DNA of 64,000 bases from a virus: positions 1 through 64,000 of IMG/VR virus record IMGVR_UViG_3300025718_000002. One strand, written 5' to 3'. The position numbers were made by a program, and so were the translations under genes. The notes under the pieces are model-generated. The model ran no database searches, was not told the DNA's origin, and saw only the letters and a list, made by a program, of their open reading frames with translations. The stretch's first letter is position 1. The number at the start of each line of letters is the position of its first letter. This document shows positions 28,117 to 39,254 of the stretch, one piece after another.

Positions 28117-30633
28117 GTGATTCTTATAGCTAATTTACCACAGATTACAGGTGATGGTAAGAATTTTGCTAATGCTGTACAAAAGGCACTTAACGCAGTA
28201 AGTGGAATTGATTCTAGTTCTGTACAGCAAGTCACCAAGCTAGGAACACAGGAAAAGTGGAGATATGGTGAATCAGATAATAGTATTATAGATTTAATTG
28301 TATCTTGGCATCATTCCTCAGATATATATGATAACGCAGAGGTATACATAAAGAAAAATAACTCTACAGTAGAAGAATCTGTAGTATCTAGTGACTTAAA
28401 CGCATTAGTTGATGATATCCAAACAGACTGGACATTAGTGGGTAGTGGAGAAGAAAACTACTATATACGTAATGTAGCTGTAGGATCTACTTATGTAGTT
28501 AAAGTTGTAGCTGTAAATAAACCTAACACACAGGCAGATTTTCTTACAGCCCCAACGTATTCTTATTATGTTACAGGGGTTACATACTTCCCTGCTACCC
28601 CTAGTAATATGCAAGTAGTGTTTGATAAAGATGGTATATCTGCATCTTGGGACGCTATAGATGATAGCTTAAATTTTGAACTATATGAACTTCGCGGAGA
28701 TACAAATGTAGGTGAAGAAAATAAGTTATATGATACTGTAAAAGTATCACGTAGTATATTCACAATAACTAAACCTACTGCACGTTCTGGGAATATTTAT
28801 TTATATTCAAAAGATATTAATGGAAATTATAGTGAACCATTCATTTATACCTACACAAAGGCATACCCACCTAAACCAGTAAATATTACTACAGATACCT
28901 TATTTCAAGGGTTTAAGATAACATTTGATCCTATCCCAGATAATTGCATGGGTGCAACAATAGATGTAAATGGAGTGCTTTTTTATGTCACTACTAATTC
29001 ATTTACGTATCATGTAGCTTTTGGTAGCTTTATTATTAAAATTGCTTACAAAGATGTTTTTGGTAATGGAATATGGTCTGATGATGTTCTAAAGGAAATT
29101 ATAGGAGAAATACCAAAAGAGTTATTGAATGCTGGTAGTGATGGTCTAACTAAAATTAGTGACATTATTGACAAGGTAATTAATAGTGTTGACATACCTA
29201 CATTCAATAGTAATATGGATTCTATTTTTGGAGGATTAAATGTAGACACTATTAGTGATTGTCCATTTACTGTAATTAAGAGAATACAAGAAACGCAAAC
29301 TGGATTTTCTCAGCAAGTAGCACAGTTAGCTATTGTGGATGGAGTAGATGAAGCTAGGTTTAATCAACTTACTGCGAACTTAAATACTAATCTTAATGAC
29401 TTAGCAGACCCAGCGAGTTTTCCATATTTAGCTATATCACAACTAAAACAAACAACCAATGCTATTAGTGCTACACTCCTGCAAAATAATGCAGATTTAA
29501 CTAGTGATATTGCTGTATTGAATATTAAAGCAGATCAAATTTCATCTAACGTAGTTACTCTTAATGATAAGGTAGTTACTAATGCCTCTACGATTACCCA
29601 GAGAGCAGACTTAATTGAAGCAAAGTTAGGATCTAGCCCTAGCGCAGAAGGGCAATTTCAAGCAATAGCAAGCTTGAAAATGACAGCAGATACAATTGAT
29701 CAGAGGGTTACTACTGTCAATACTAACCTAGGTATTAAAATAGATGGTGCTAATAGTTCTATTGTTCAATTCGTAAAAGACCTTAATCTCCCAGCTAGTG
29801 AAAGTCCATTCTCATCCATTTCACAAGGTCTTTCAGATATCAATTTGAAAGTCAGTAAGGGTGATGTAATAAACCAGATTAATGTTGACACTAGTGGTAT
29901 TTTGATTAATGGTAAATACCTTAAAATTACTGGTGATACATTATTCCAAGGCACAGGGATATTTCAAAAGTTAATGGCTAATGGTGATAAGGTTATTGGT
30001 ACACAAATTGCTGGAGATACAATAACCACCTATAATATCCTAGCTAATACAATAACTGGCTCAGATATCGCAGGAAATACAATAACTGGCACAAATATTG
30101 CTGGGGGAACAATAACAGGTGACAATATCACTGCTAATGTATCTTTAGATGCTCCACGAATATCTGGTGGTACTATTATTGGTGGTACTGTAATTGGTGG
30201 TAGGGTACAGAACTGGGCTAACACAGCTTATATGGACTCTGATGCTAACATACATGGTAGTTCAATTAGTGGTGCGTACATCTCAGGTGGTAACATTTAT
30301 GGAACTACTATAAATGGCGTGACAATTAATGGATCTAATATTAATGGTGATTGCATTAGTGCTGGTACTGTTACTGTAGATAGATTAAATATCAACGTAA
30401 AACCTGTAGTAGTCACAGGATCAGCAACTACATTTTCTAGAGGGACTACTGGTGATTTTTACATACCTATTCCAGATGGTTTTTCGTATTATCAATGTGG
30501 ATTTTACTGTGCAATTATAGCTAATAGTATGGGTGATAATCCAACCATTTCATTAAATGGAAATTGTATTACTAAATCAAATAGCAATACGAATACAACT
30601 GTACAATATTTAGTTATAGCAACAAGATTTTAG
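28117..30633 (+). CDS. Tail fibre/spike protein with fibronectin-III-like domains and C-terminal beta-helix pentapeptide repeats
   Basis: FN3-like segments are present. The C-terminal region has tandem NTITG/TINGV repeats. The DNA shows 15-bp direct repeats at 30046 and 30076. Confidence 0.6.
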   Translation: MILIANLPQITGDGKNFANAVQKALNAVSGIDSSSVQQVTKLGTQEKWRYGESDNSIIDLIVSWHHSSDIYDNAEVYIKKNNSTVEESVVSSDLNALVDDIQTDWTLVGSGEENYYIRNVAVGSTYVVKVVAVNKPNTQADFLTAPTYSYYVTGVTYFPATPSNMQVVFDKDGISASWDAIDDSLNFELYELRGDTNVGEENKLYDTVKVSRSIFTITKPTARSGNIYLYSKDINGNYSEPFIYTYTKAYPPKPVNITTDTLFQGFKITFDPIPDNCMGATIDVNGVLFYVTTNSFTYHVAFGSFIIKIAYKDVFGNGIWSDDVLKEIIGEIPKELLNAGSDGLTKISDIIDKVINSVDIPTFNSNMDSIFGGLNVDTISDCPFTVIKRIQETQTGFSQQVAQLAIVDGVDEARFNQLTANLNTNLNDLADPASFPYLAISQLKQTTNAISATLLQNNADLTSDIAVLNIKADQISSNVVTLNDKVVTNASTITQRADLIEAKLGSSPSAEGQFQAIASLKMTADTIDQRVTTVNTNLGIKIDGANSSIVQFVKDLNLPASESPFSSISQGLSDINLKVSKGDVINQINVDTSGILINGKYLKITGDTLFQGTGIFQKLMANGDKVIGTQIAGDTITTYNILANTITGSDIAGNTITGTNIAGGTITGDNITANVSLDAPRISGGTIIGGTVIGGRVQNWANTAYMDSDANIHGSSISGAYISGGNIYGTTINGVTINGSNINGDCISAGTVTVDRLNINVKPVVVTGSATTFSRGTTGDFYIPIPDGFSYYQCGFYCAIIANSMGDNPTISLNGNCITKSNSNTNTTVQYLVIATRF

Positions 30634-30641
30634 GGGGCAAT

Positions 30642-31010
30642 ATGTGGTATTTATTTAATTCTGATAGGATTGGAATTGGGACATGTTCTTATGCTCCCTG
30701 TTTTGATGATTTAAAAACTAGAGATTATCATGCAATTAATAGTGATGTAGTTTATGATCCAACATTAATATCTTATGATGATAATAACAATATCATAAGT
30801 AGAATAATTGGAAATGATGAACTATTAAATAATATAAGAATACAAAGAGATTATTTGTTATCTAAAAGTGATATTTTATTACTGGATGATTATCCCACAG
30901 GGGGACTAAGTAGAGAGGATTGGATCAGTAAAGTAAAACTATATCGTGAAAAACTTAGGGACTTCCCTAGTGTGTGTAATGTAAATAATCCTATATATCC
31001 AATCTTATAA
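30642..31010 (+). CDS. Hypothetical protein
   Basis: ORF track. Confidence 0.4.
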   Translation: MWYLFNSDRIGIGTCSYAPCFDDLKTRDYHAINSDVVYDPTLISYDDNNNIISRIIGNDELLNNIRIQRDYLLSKSDILLLDDYPTGGLSREDWISKVKLYREKLRDFPSVCNVNNPIYPIL

Positions 31011-31025
31011 CCAAGGAGGTACTAA

Positions 31026-32362
31026 ATGGCATTTCAATACGGAGAGACAAGAGACTCTAATGATCTTATCATTCATAATGGATCATGGGGGATTAAGTCT
31101 ACAGTTTTAAAAGATATTCTACAGTATCTTATAGAGAATACTAGATCATTAAAAGATGATAGTATTGCAAGACCTACAGTGCATAGTCATACGCAAGCTG
31201 TTACAGTAGCTACCACAGGCGCAAACATACCAATGGTGGGGTTACTTAATATTGATAGTGTACAACTTGTAAAGGGTGATACTGTCCTAGTAAAAGATCA
31301 GTTAGATGCTAGAAAGAATGGATTATATATAGCAGATACCCTTGCGTGGCAAAGGGCAGTAGGTATGCCACTTATGGCAGTAATTAAAAGAGGCTCTGAA
31401 AATAGTGGTAAGATATTCTTTTTAAACTCCTCAGATCCTATCATGGTAGAGGATTCAAATATAACATATACAACTAGCGTTGGTCAGCAAATATTAGTGG
31501 CTAGTAATGATATCAATATTGATGATGGTGTATTAACACTTACTGACACAGGAATTGGAATTGGTACTTATAAATCAGTAACAGTAGACAAAAAAGGTAG
31601 GGTAGTTGCTGGTTATAACCCTAACTCTCTATCTGGATATGGTATTAGTGATGCCTACAATAAAACAGAGGTAGACCAAAAAGATACTACTATCTTAAAC
31701 TCTGCTAAAGATTATACTGACTCTGAAAAAGGTAGTAAAACATGGGCAGGACTTACTGGAAAACCAACATTAGTTATTAATAGTGGTCTTACTGATATCT
31801 ATACTAAGACAGAGGTAGATGGAAGTGTATCAAGCGCAAAAAATGAAGCTAAAAGTTATGCAGATGGATTAATTTCTGCCTTATTGAATGGTTCAATTCC
31901 TGCATTGGATACCTTACTTGAACTAGCAAATGCAATGGGTAATGATCCAGAGTTTGCTACTACAGTATTTAACTTGATAGGGACTAAGGAAACTCCTGCT
32001 GGCGCACAAGCAAAGGCTAACGCAGTACAAACAAATCTAACAAATCATATTAATAGTGGGACACATACTTTTTCGCATATCATTGCTACTCCTAACACTT
32101 TAAATGGATATGGAATAATTGATGCTGTTAAGATTGGTGATAATGTTGTAAGTGCTGATAAGGCAAGTAAGCTTACAACTCCAAGAATTATCAACCTTAC
32201 TGGTGATGCTTTTGGTTCTGTTTCATTTGATGGTACTAATGATGTTAATTTACAAGTTGTTGTAACTACTACTGGTGGTAGTAGAAAAGATCAGAATATA
32301 GATGGTGGTAATGCTTTTAGTATTTACCTAGAATCTCAGATTATAAGTGGAGGGGGTGCATA

Positions 32363-32363
<1 letters not shown>
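31026..32363 (+). CDS. Tail fibre protein (phage tail-fibre repeat-like)
   Basis: Repeated YNKTEVDQKD / YTKTEVDGSV segments and a GYGIxDAY segment occur twice. These are characteristic of tail-fibre repeats. Confidence 0.55.
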
Positions 32364-33478
<1,115 letters not shown>

Positions 33479-33481
33479 TGT

Positions 33482-34045
33482 ATGTTTACAACCTTAGATC
33501 CGCTCAAACGTGGCAATCCTGTAACTTTAAGTCCTGATTTATTAACAGCAAATATCCCTAATAAGCCTTATAGCGTTTTAAGCACACTGTCAAAAACAAC
33601 TGGTAAATTTTATGTAGAAATTACTGTAATTGGTGTGGGTTCAGCAAGTGGTGGAGCATCTTGTGTAGGAATAGGCAATATTAATACACCTACAGATTCA
33701 CAATCTTATGACTCCACTAATGTTAGGGCTTATGGTGGTTTTGTTAATCATGATGTAATTGGGTTATTAATTGATTTGACATATGGGGTTCTTACTTTTT
33801 ACAAAAATGGTTCTCTATATGGCGTTCCTTTTACTGATATTAATTTGCTTGGCCCTGTATTTATTTTGTTGACAAATACTGGAGGCGATAGTAGAACTTC
33901 TTCAACTATGACTGTTAATTTTGGACGAAGTGTTTTTAATTTTGCTATTCCACCAGGATTTACTGCATGGGATACTACTGCTAAATTATTTCCCCTCCCC
34001 ACGACCTCCCTATTTCTCCCCACCTCAATAGAGAATAGCCTATGA
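33482..34045 (+). CDS. SPRY/B30.2-domain protein (receptor-binding accessory)
   Basis: GKFYVEITV...VGIGN...YGGFVNHDVIGLLIDLTYGVLTFYKNGSLYGVPF matches the SPRY core pattern. The C-terminal tail is LPTTSLFLPTSIENSL. Confidence 0.55.
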   Translation: MFTTLDPLKRGNPVTLSPDLLTANIPNKPYSVLSTLSKTTGKFYVEITVIGVGSASGGASCVGIGNINTPTDSQSYDSTNVRAYGGFVNHDVIGLLIDLTYGVLTFYKNGSLYGVPFTDINLLGPVFILLTNTGGDSRTSSTMTVNFGRSVFNFAIPPGFTAWDTTAKLFPLPTTSLFLPTSIENSL

Positions 34046-34088
34046 TAGATTTATTGCAAATAAATTGTAATAGAAAGGATGTGAATAA

Positions 34089-34814
34089 ATGGCAAAACCC
34101 AGATTATCTTTTACTGGTACTGGTCGCATAAATTTTCCTGATGATGTTGGTTTACATGTTGCCAGTAGTGGTTATTCATTATGTTTTGATACCATTCCCA
34201 TTTTATCTACTTCTCCAATATGTTTATTTTCAAATACAACAAACCCATCTCAGCAAGTTGGTTATATGGCTTCGTTTATTTGGCAAGATGGGACTTTTGG
34301 AGCTTGTGACCAATCATCTCCTTGGGTTAACACTACTGAAACTCCTATTGCTTCAAATGTCTTAAATAGAACTGTAATAACAAGATCAGCTTCTTCGCTG
34401 GCAGAATCTGAACGCAATATCGTTAATTTTTATAACAACTCTAATAAATATGTAAGCAAAAAAATTGTTCCAACAACTGGTGCGATAGATAGCACGTGGA
34501 TGATATGTGGGTATAATGGGGGTTCATATCTAAATGGTCAATTACTAGGGTTTAGATTTTATGCTAGGGTGTTAACAGATGCAGAAATCTTAAAGGGGAA
34601 TACTCAGGGGATATGGCCCACAGACAATTTGCTTATACACTATCCCTTGCAGACAGGCAGTGGTACTATTGCAACAGATATAAGCGGTAATAATAGACAT
34701 GGCACAATAGTTAATGGCACTTGGGTAACTACTGGCATTGATTTACCTATAAATATTCAAAAAACACTCCCTACAACCACGCTATTTCTACCATCTACTA
34801 TGGAGAGATTATAA
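34089..34814 (+). CDS. ConA/LamG-like lectin-fold protein with the same C-terminal LPTTTLFLPSTMERL tail
   Basis: GYNGGSYLNGQLLGFRFYARVLTDAEI is LamG-like. Its C-terminus is shared with the SPRY protein. Confidence 0.45.
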   Translation: MAKPRLSFTGTGRINFPDDVGLHVASSGYSLCFDTIPILSTSPICLFSNTTNPSQQVGYMASFIWQDGTFGACDQSSPWVNTTETPIASNVLNRTVITRSASSLAESERNIVNFYNNSNKYVSKKIVPTTGAIDSTWMICGYNGGSYLNGQLLGFRFYARVLTDAEILKGNTQGIWPTDNLLIHYPLQTGSGTIATDISGNNRHGTIVNGTWVTTGIDLPINIQKTLPTTTLFLPSTMERL

Positions 34815-34829
34815 TGAAAGGAGAAAATA

Positions 34830-36014
34830 ATGGCATATACAACTGATTTAGGTACAGGGGCATTAGGAGATGTAACAATTTCTACTCCTGTGCAATTAAA
34901 CTCTTATGCCAATGTAACTGCGCAAGGTGGATCTAAGAACATTACCATTGGAACTCCTAGCGTTGGGGCGTATGGAAGTTTTACTGTAGGTCAAGATATA
35001 GCATTTCATTCCACTGGATGCCTCACCTCTGAAATTAGTGGGATGGGGTTGTATGGATTTGCTAGGATAACAGGGGTTGCAGGGAGTGTCTTAACACTTA
35101 ATAAAGATATTCCTGTAGTAGATTTATCTAAATATTTATGTCAAGTTGTACAGATACCTAACTTTAATAACTTAACTATCAACTGCTCGTTATCACCTTT
35201 AGCTTTTGATTCTACTAATAAGTATGGTGGTATAGTTATTGTTAAAGCTAAATCTAAAATTGACTTAACAAATGGAATGACGATAGCAGAATCTATTGGT
35301 TTACCTTATGGAACTACGTTAAAGCCAAATGGAATAGTATCATCTTTAGATGATTTAAAAAATAAACTAGTGTTTTCTGTTGGTAATGGAATTGTTATTT
35401 GCATTACTGCCTCTTTAATTTTTTCGTCTATTAGTAGGGTTGGTGCATCTTGGACTGGCACTTATAATTCGCCTGGAATTGGTGGTAATGCTGGTAGTAA
35501 TGGAGCAATAGCAGGTAGTAATGCTATTGGATCTACTGGTGGCAATGGTGGTGCTTCTGGCAATGCTTTTGGTGGTGGTGGCACTGGAGGATTAGGAGGA
35601 GCGAGAGGATATTATGGTGGTTATGGTGCTACCTCTGATGGTGCAGTAACAACAGTTGGTGCAATGGCAGGGGCAGTAGTTTTGTTAGTTGCAAAAACTA
35701 TTATAGGTTGGGATTTGAATGTGTTACAAACTGGTGGCTTTGGTGGAAATCGCACCTATGATGGTAGCGCAGGTAGTAATGGTGGAGCAGGTTTTGGTGG
35801 GGGTGGTTCTGGAGGTGCTAGATCTGGTGCGTATGATGGTGGAGGTGCTGGTGGTGGTGGTGCTGGTAGTTGTTTAATTGCCACAGATACTAATTTACCT
35901 TTAAATCCTGTTGCTTATATTCTTGCTCCTTTCACCTTAGTAAAGCCCAATCCTCTCAATCCACAACTATATTATCAAACTCAAATGGAATCCTCATACC
36001 CAATAGGACAGTAA
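34830..36014 (+). CDS. Glycine-rich structural protein
   Basis: It has long GGxGG tracts interrupted by a hydrophobic segment. Confidence 0.5.
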   Translation: MAYTTDLGTGALGDVTISTPVQLNSYANVTAQGGSKNITIGTPSVGAYGSFTVGQDIAFHSTGCLTSEISGMGLYGFARITGVAGSVLTLNKDIPVVDLSKYLCQVVQIPNFNNLTINCSLSPLAFDSTNKYGGIVIVKAKSKIDLTNGMTIAESIGLPYGTTLKPNGIVSSLDDLKNKLVFSVGNGIVICITASLIFSSISRVGASWTGTYNSPGIGGNAGSNGAIAGSNAIGSTGGNGGASGNAFGGGGTGGLGGARGYYGGYGATSDGAVTTVGAMAGAVVLLVAKTIIGWDLNVLQTGGFGGNRTYDGSAGSNGGAGFGGGGSGGARSGAYDGGGAGGGGAGSCLIATDTNLPLNPVAYILAPFTLVKPNPLNPQLYYQTQMESSYPIGQ

Positions 36015-36026
36015 ACTCTGCAAAGA

Positions 36027-36419
36027 ATGGCAGGGTTATTTTTATGCTCAAAAACAAAAATAAGGAGTGATTTAACAATGGTTGAATCTTATATTACAAA
36101 CATATTTAAAGACTTTGGCATCTCTGAGGAAACAGAATTCGCACCAGAGGTGTTCTTCCCACTGTATACAAAGTATAACAAATTACAGGAACTAGGGACA
36201 GAACAGGCTAATCTAACTAACCTAGAAAATCAACTTGTCTATCCAAAGTCTAGAGTGGAAAAACTAAATACTGATATTTTAGTTGCTGTAGATGAAGCAA
36301 AAACATCTTTAGAAACTGAATTGGCTGGAGTGGTAGTTCAGATAACTTCTCTTGAAACACAAATTACAGACGCAAAGGCTATTATTGAAGCATTAAAAAC
36401 AGAAATGGGGATGATCTAA
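36027..36419 (+). CDS. Hypothetical coiled-coil protein
   Basis: ORF track. Confidence 0.4.
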   Translation: MAGLFLCSKTKIRSDLTMVESYITNIFKDFGISEETEFAPEVFFPLYTKYNKLQELGTEQANLTNLENQLVYPKSRVEKLNTDILVAVDEAKTSLETELAGVVVQITSLETQITDAKAIIEALKTEMGMI

Positions 36420-36420
36420 T

Positions 36421-36831
36421 ATGGCAAATAGATTTAATAATATTACAACTGTTATTTCTGCAACTGATTCCGTAATGGTCAATAGCACATATACATTATT
36501 TGCTCAAATAATTGCCACAGATCAGGCAATTTGTGGAGAGTTATATTTGCAATCCAAACTAACAACTGGTAGTGCTAGTCAAAAATACGATGTTTATGCA
36601 GTATGCAGTGAAGATGGAGTTATTTTTGAGGATGCAAACGTAGCAAATAACAAACTAATTGGTACAGTTAATTTCATTAATGATACAGGAACTTATCATA
36701 TCTATAGAATTCCTTTAGATGGTCTAAGTGTTGTAAGTAAGTATATGAAAATTGCTTTACTTCCTGCTAGTGCCAGCGCAGGAACTATCTTAGCAGGTAG
36801 CATGAAAACAGTAATTAGAAGTCCTAAGTAA
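36421..36831 (+). CDS. Hypothetical structural protein
   Basis: ORF track. It is translationally coupled to its neighbour. Confidence 0.4.
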   Translation: MANRFNNITTVISATDSVMVNSTYTLFAQIIATDQAICGELYLQSKLTTGSASQKYDVYAVCSEDGVIFEDANVANNKLIGTVNFINDTGTYHIYRIPLDGLSVVSKYMKIALLPASASAGTILAGSMKTVIRSPK

Positions 36832-38204
36832 TGTCAAAACCATCTAATAAACATGCAACAAGACAGATAAAGTACCTAGATTTTACTGGTGGAATTAACA
36901 CTGGAAAACCACCAGAGGTTATTAATGAAAATGAGCAACAAATAAATGAGAATTTTGAACTGAACTTGTCAGGTAAAATTAAAGGCAGAGGTGGATTATC
37001 TAGTCCATTTCTGTCTTTCGTTGTACCCATCTTAGGTACGTTCTATGATTATGAAATGAATGTAGAATTTGTATTTCTAACTAATGGAGATATATATAAA
37101 ACAGATTTTACTACAAGCCTATATCTTGGATCATTAACAGGATCTAACAAGCCAATGTGTGCTAAGTTTGGTGGTCGTGTAGTTATTGCTAGTGGTGGTA
37201 AGTTACAGTCCTATGACTATACATATGGTCTTAAAACAATAGCGAAGGGAACAATATGGTTTGATGATTCTGTACTTACTCAGGATTCCCCAGACTGTGA
37301 TATATGTTTTGTGCGTTTTGGTAGAATTGCAACATCTAAGGTTGGTGAGGATAACATACGCTACTCTGGTACTGGTGATGAAGCTAATTGGCTAGATGAT
37401 GATAATGATGATTCTTCAAGTAAATATGTAGAGATTGGCTATAAAGATGGTGGAGATATTGTTTGTGTAAAACAGCTTTCTACAGATTTGATTATTTTTA
37501 AATCTAATGGAAAAGTATATCAACTATCAAATGAATATCCAGATTGGTCTGTATATGAAATTGGGACTAACTCAGGATGTAAATATATGTACTCAGCAGA
37601 TACAATAGGAACTGACATAGTGTTCCTATCAACGAGAGGGTTAATGAGCCTAGGAACTGTATCTGAGTATGGAAACTTTAAAATGTCTAATGCCTTTGAT
37701 AAGTTTAATAAAGAATTAACAACCTCAATCTATCATCCCACAATATGGCACTTATCTAAGAAAAACCAACTAATATTAAAACCAACAAATAACAATACTG
37801 TTTATGCTTTTCACTATGCTTTTGGTGCTTTAACTAAGTTTATATTTCCAGAAGAAATTGTAGATATAGAGGAAACAGACAGTGGAACTTTAATTGCTAC
37901 AGGAAATCACTTGCACTGGTGGGATGATTCTTATGTAACTGATAATGGAACTCCTATAAATTTCAAGCTTAAACTTAATAAAATCACTACTATTAACAAA
38001 GTTCTTTTAAAGAAGATTAATTATTCCTTTGAGCAAACTTCTGGTAGTGTTAGGATAAGTTCTGGGATGTTTAATTTTACAGTAGATCTATCAAAGCAGA
38101 GACTTAAAAGATCTATTAAGAGATTAAAAGAAATTGACTTAGAATTATCAACAACTGTACCACTCACTATCAATCATATCCTAATGGAAATTGCAGAACT
38201 ATGA
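36831..38204 (+). CDS. Virion structural protein (tail tubular/baseplate candidate)
   Basis: Its size and position fit. The sequence has beta-rich character. Confidence 0.45.
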   Translation: MSKPSNKHATRQIKYLDFTGGINTGKPPEVINENEQQINENFELNLSGKIKGRGGLSSPFLSFVVPILGTFYDYEMNVEFVFLTNGDIYKTDFTTSLYLGSLTGSNKPMCAKFGGRVVIASGGKLQSYDYTYGLKTIAKGTIWFDDSVLTQDSPDCDICFVRFGRIATSKVGEDNIRYSGTGDEANWLDDDNDDSSSKYVEIGYKDGGDIVCVKQLSTDLIIFKSNGKVYQLSNEYPDWSVYEIGTNSGCKYMYSADTIGTDIVFLSTRGLMSLGTVSEYGNFKMSNAFDKFNKELTTSIYHPTIWHLSKKNQLILKPTNNNTVYAFHYAFGALTKFIFPEEIVDIEETDSGTLIATGNHLHWWDDSYVTDNGTPINFKLKLNKITTINKVLLKKINYSFEQTSGSVRISSGMFNFTVDLSKQRLKRSIKRLKEIDLELSTTVPLTINHILMEIAEL

Positions 38205-38548
38205 CAAGAGAAGAATGGAAAGCGTTTTACGAACTTAAAACTGGTGGAAAATTCTATCACAATCCAGAGCATAACATAGAATACGCCCCAGATAATTCAT
38301 TTATGATATGGTACATCAAAGGTGATTATGTTTGGATAGACCAAACAGTAGGTGATGGAGAGTATTGGAGAAAGTTCATCTTTCAGAAAGCAAGAGAACA
38401 TAAAGGTCTTTTAAAGACAATGACACGAAGAAACCCAAGAGTTTTCCAGAGATTATGGAAAGTAGCAATTATAGTAGATGAACTTTCTGTAGCAGAAGAT
38501 GGGAGAATTGTTTGGGTATTAGAATTAGAAGTGGGAAAAGAGGAGTGA
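38201..38548 (+). CDS. Hypothetical protein
   Basis: ORF track. Confidence 0.4.
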   Translation: MTREEWKAFYELKTGGKFYHNPEHNIEYAPDNSFMIWYIKGDYVWIDQTVGDGEYWRKFIFQKAREHKGLLKTMTRRNPRVFQRLWKVAIIVDELSVAEDGRIVWVLELEVGKEE

Positions 38549-38552
38549 TCTT

Positions 38553-39239
38553 ATGGGTGGAACTGAAACAACTACTACACCACTAAGCGATGATCAAAAT
38601 GCAATAATTAGGGCTGGATTACCTAGCGCACAGGCAGGAGGTACATTAAGTGCTAATCTATTAGGTCAGTTAAACAATACATTCACTAATGGAACTACTG
38701 GAGCAGTGACACCTAATTATTCTAGTATGCAAGCTAACGCAGATAATTCATATACAACTATGAATCAATCAGCTAGTAACTTAGCTAATGGTGTGGTAAA
38801 TCAGACATTGCTAGATAACATGAATAATGCTACTAAAAATAACTATAATGCGACAATGGGTACTACAATAGCAAATGGTGGTAAACGTGGAGTTATGAAT
38901 AGTTCTGGTACTAATAAAGCTATAGCTAACGCTCAAACTGCATTTGATAATGCTTCTGCTCAGAATTATCAAGGAGCATTAAATACGCAGAGTAATATGT
39001 TAAATAACCAATCTAGCCTGCTGGGAAATCAAGTAAGTCAGGCAAATAACCTTGCAACTGGATCTTACTTAAATACAGATAAAATGTATGGCTATGGCAC
39101 AGGTAATGCCTATACAACCTCTGCTAACAATGCAACTAGTACAGCAAATAGCCAACAAACAACTACTACACAAGACCAAGGATTTTTAGGTGGGCTTATG
39201 AGTGGTGTAGGATCATTCTATGGATCAAAATCAAAATAA
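38553..39239 (+). CDS. N/T/S/A-rich low-complexity virion protein
   Basis: ORF track. The AT-type codon usage is consistent with the genome. Confidence 0.45.
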   Translation: MGGTETTTTPLSDDQNAIIRAGLPSAQAGGTLSANLLGQLNNTFTNGTTGAVTPNYSSMQANADNSYTTMNQSASNLANGVVNQTLLDNMNNATKNNYNATMGTTIANGGKRGVMNSSGTNKAIANAQTAFDNASAQNYQGALNTQSNMLNNQSSLLGNQVSQANNLATGSYLNTDKMYGYGTGNAYTTSANNATSTANSQQTTTTQDQGFLGGLMSGVGSFYGSKSK

Positions 39240-39254
39240 GAGAGGAGATTTACA

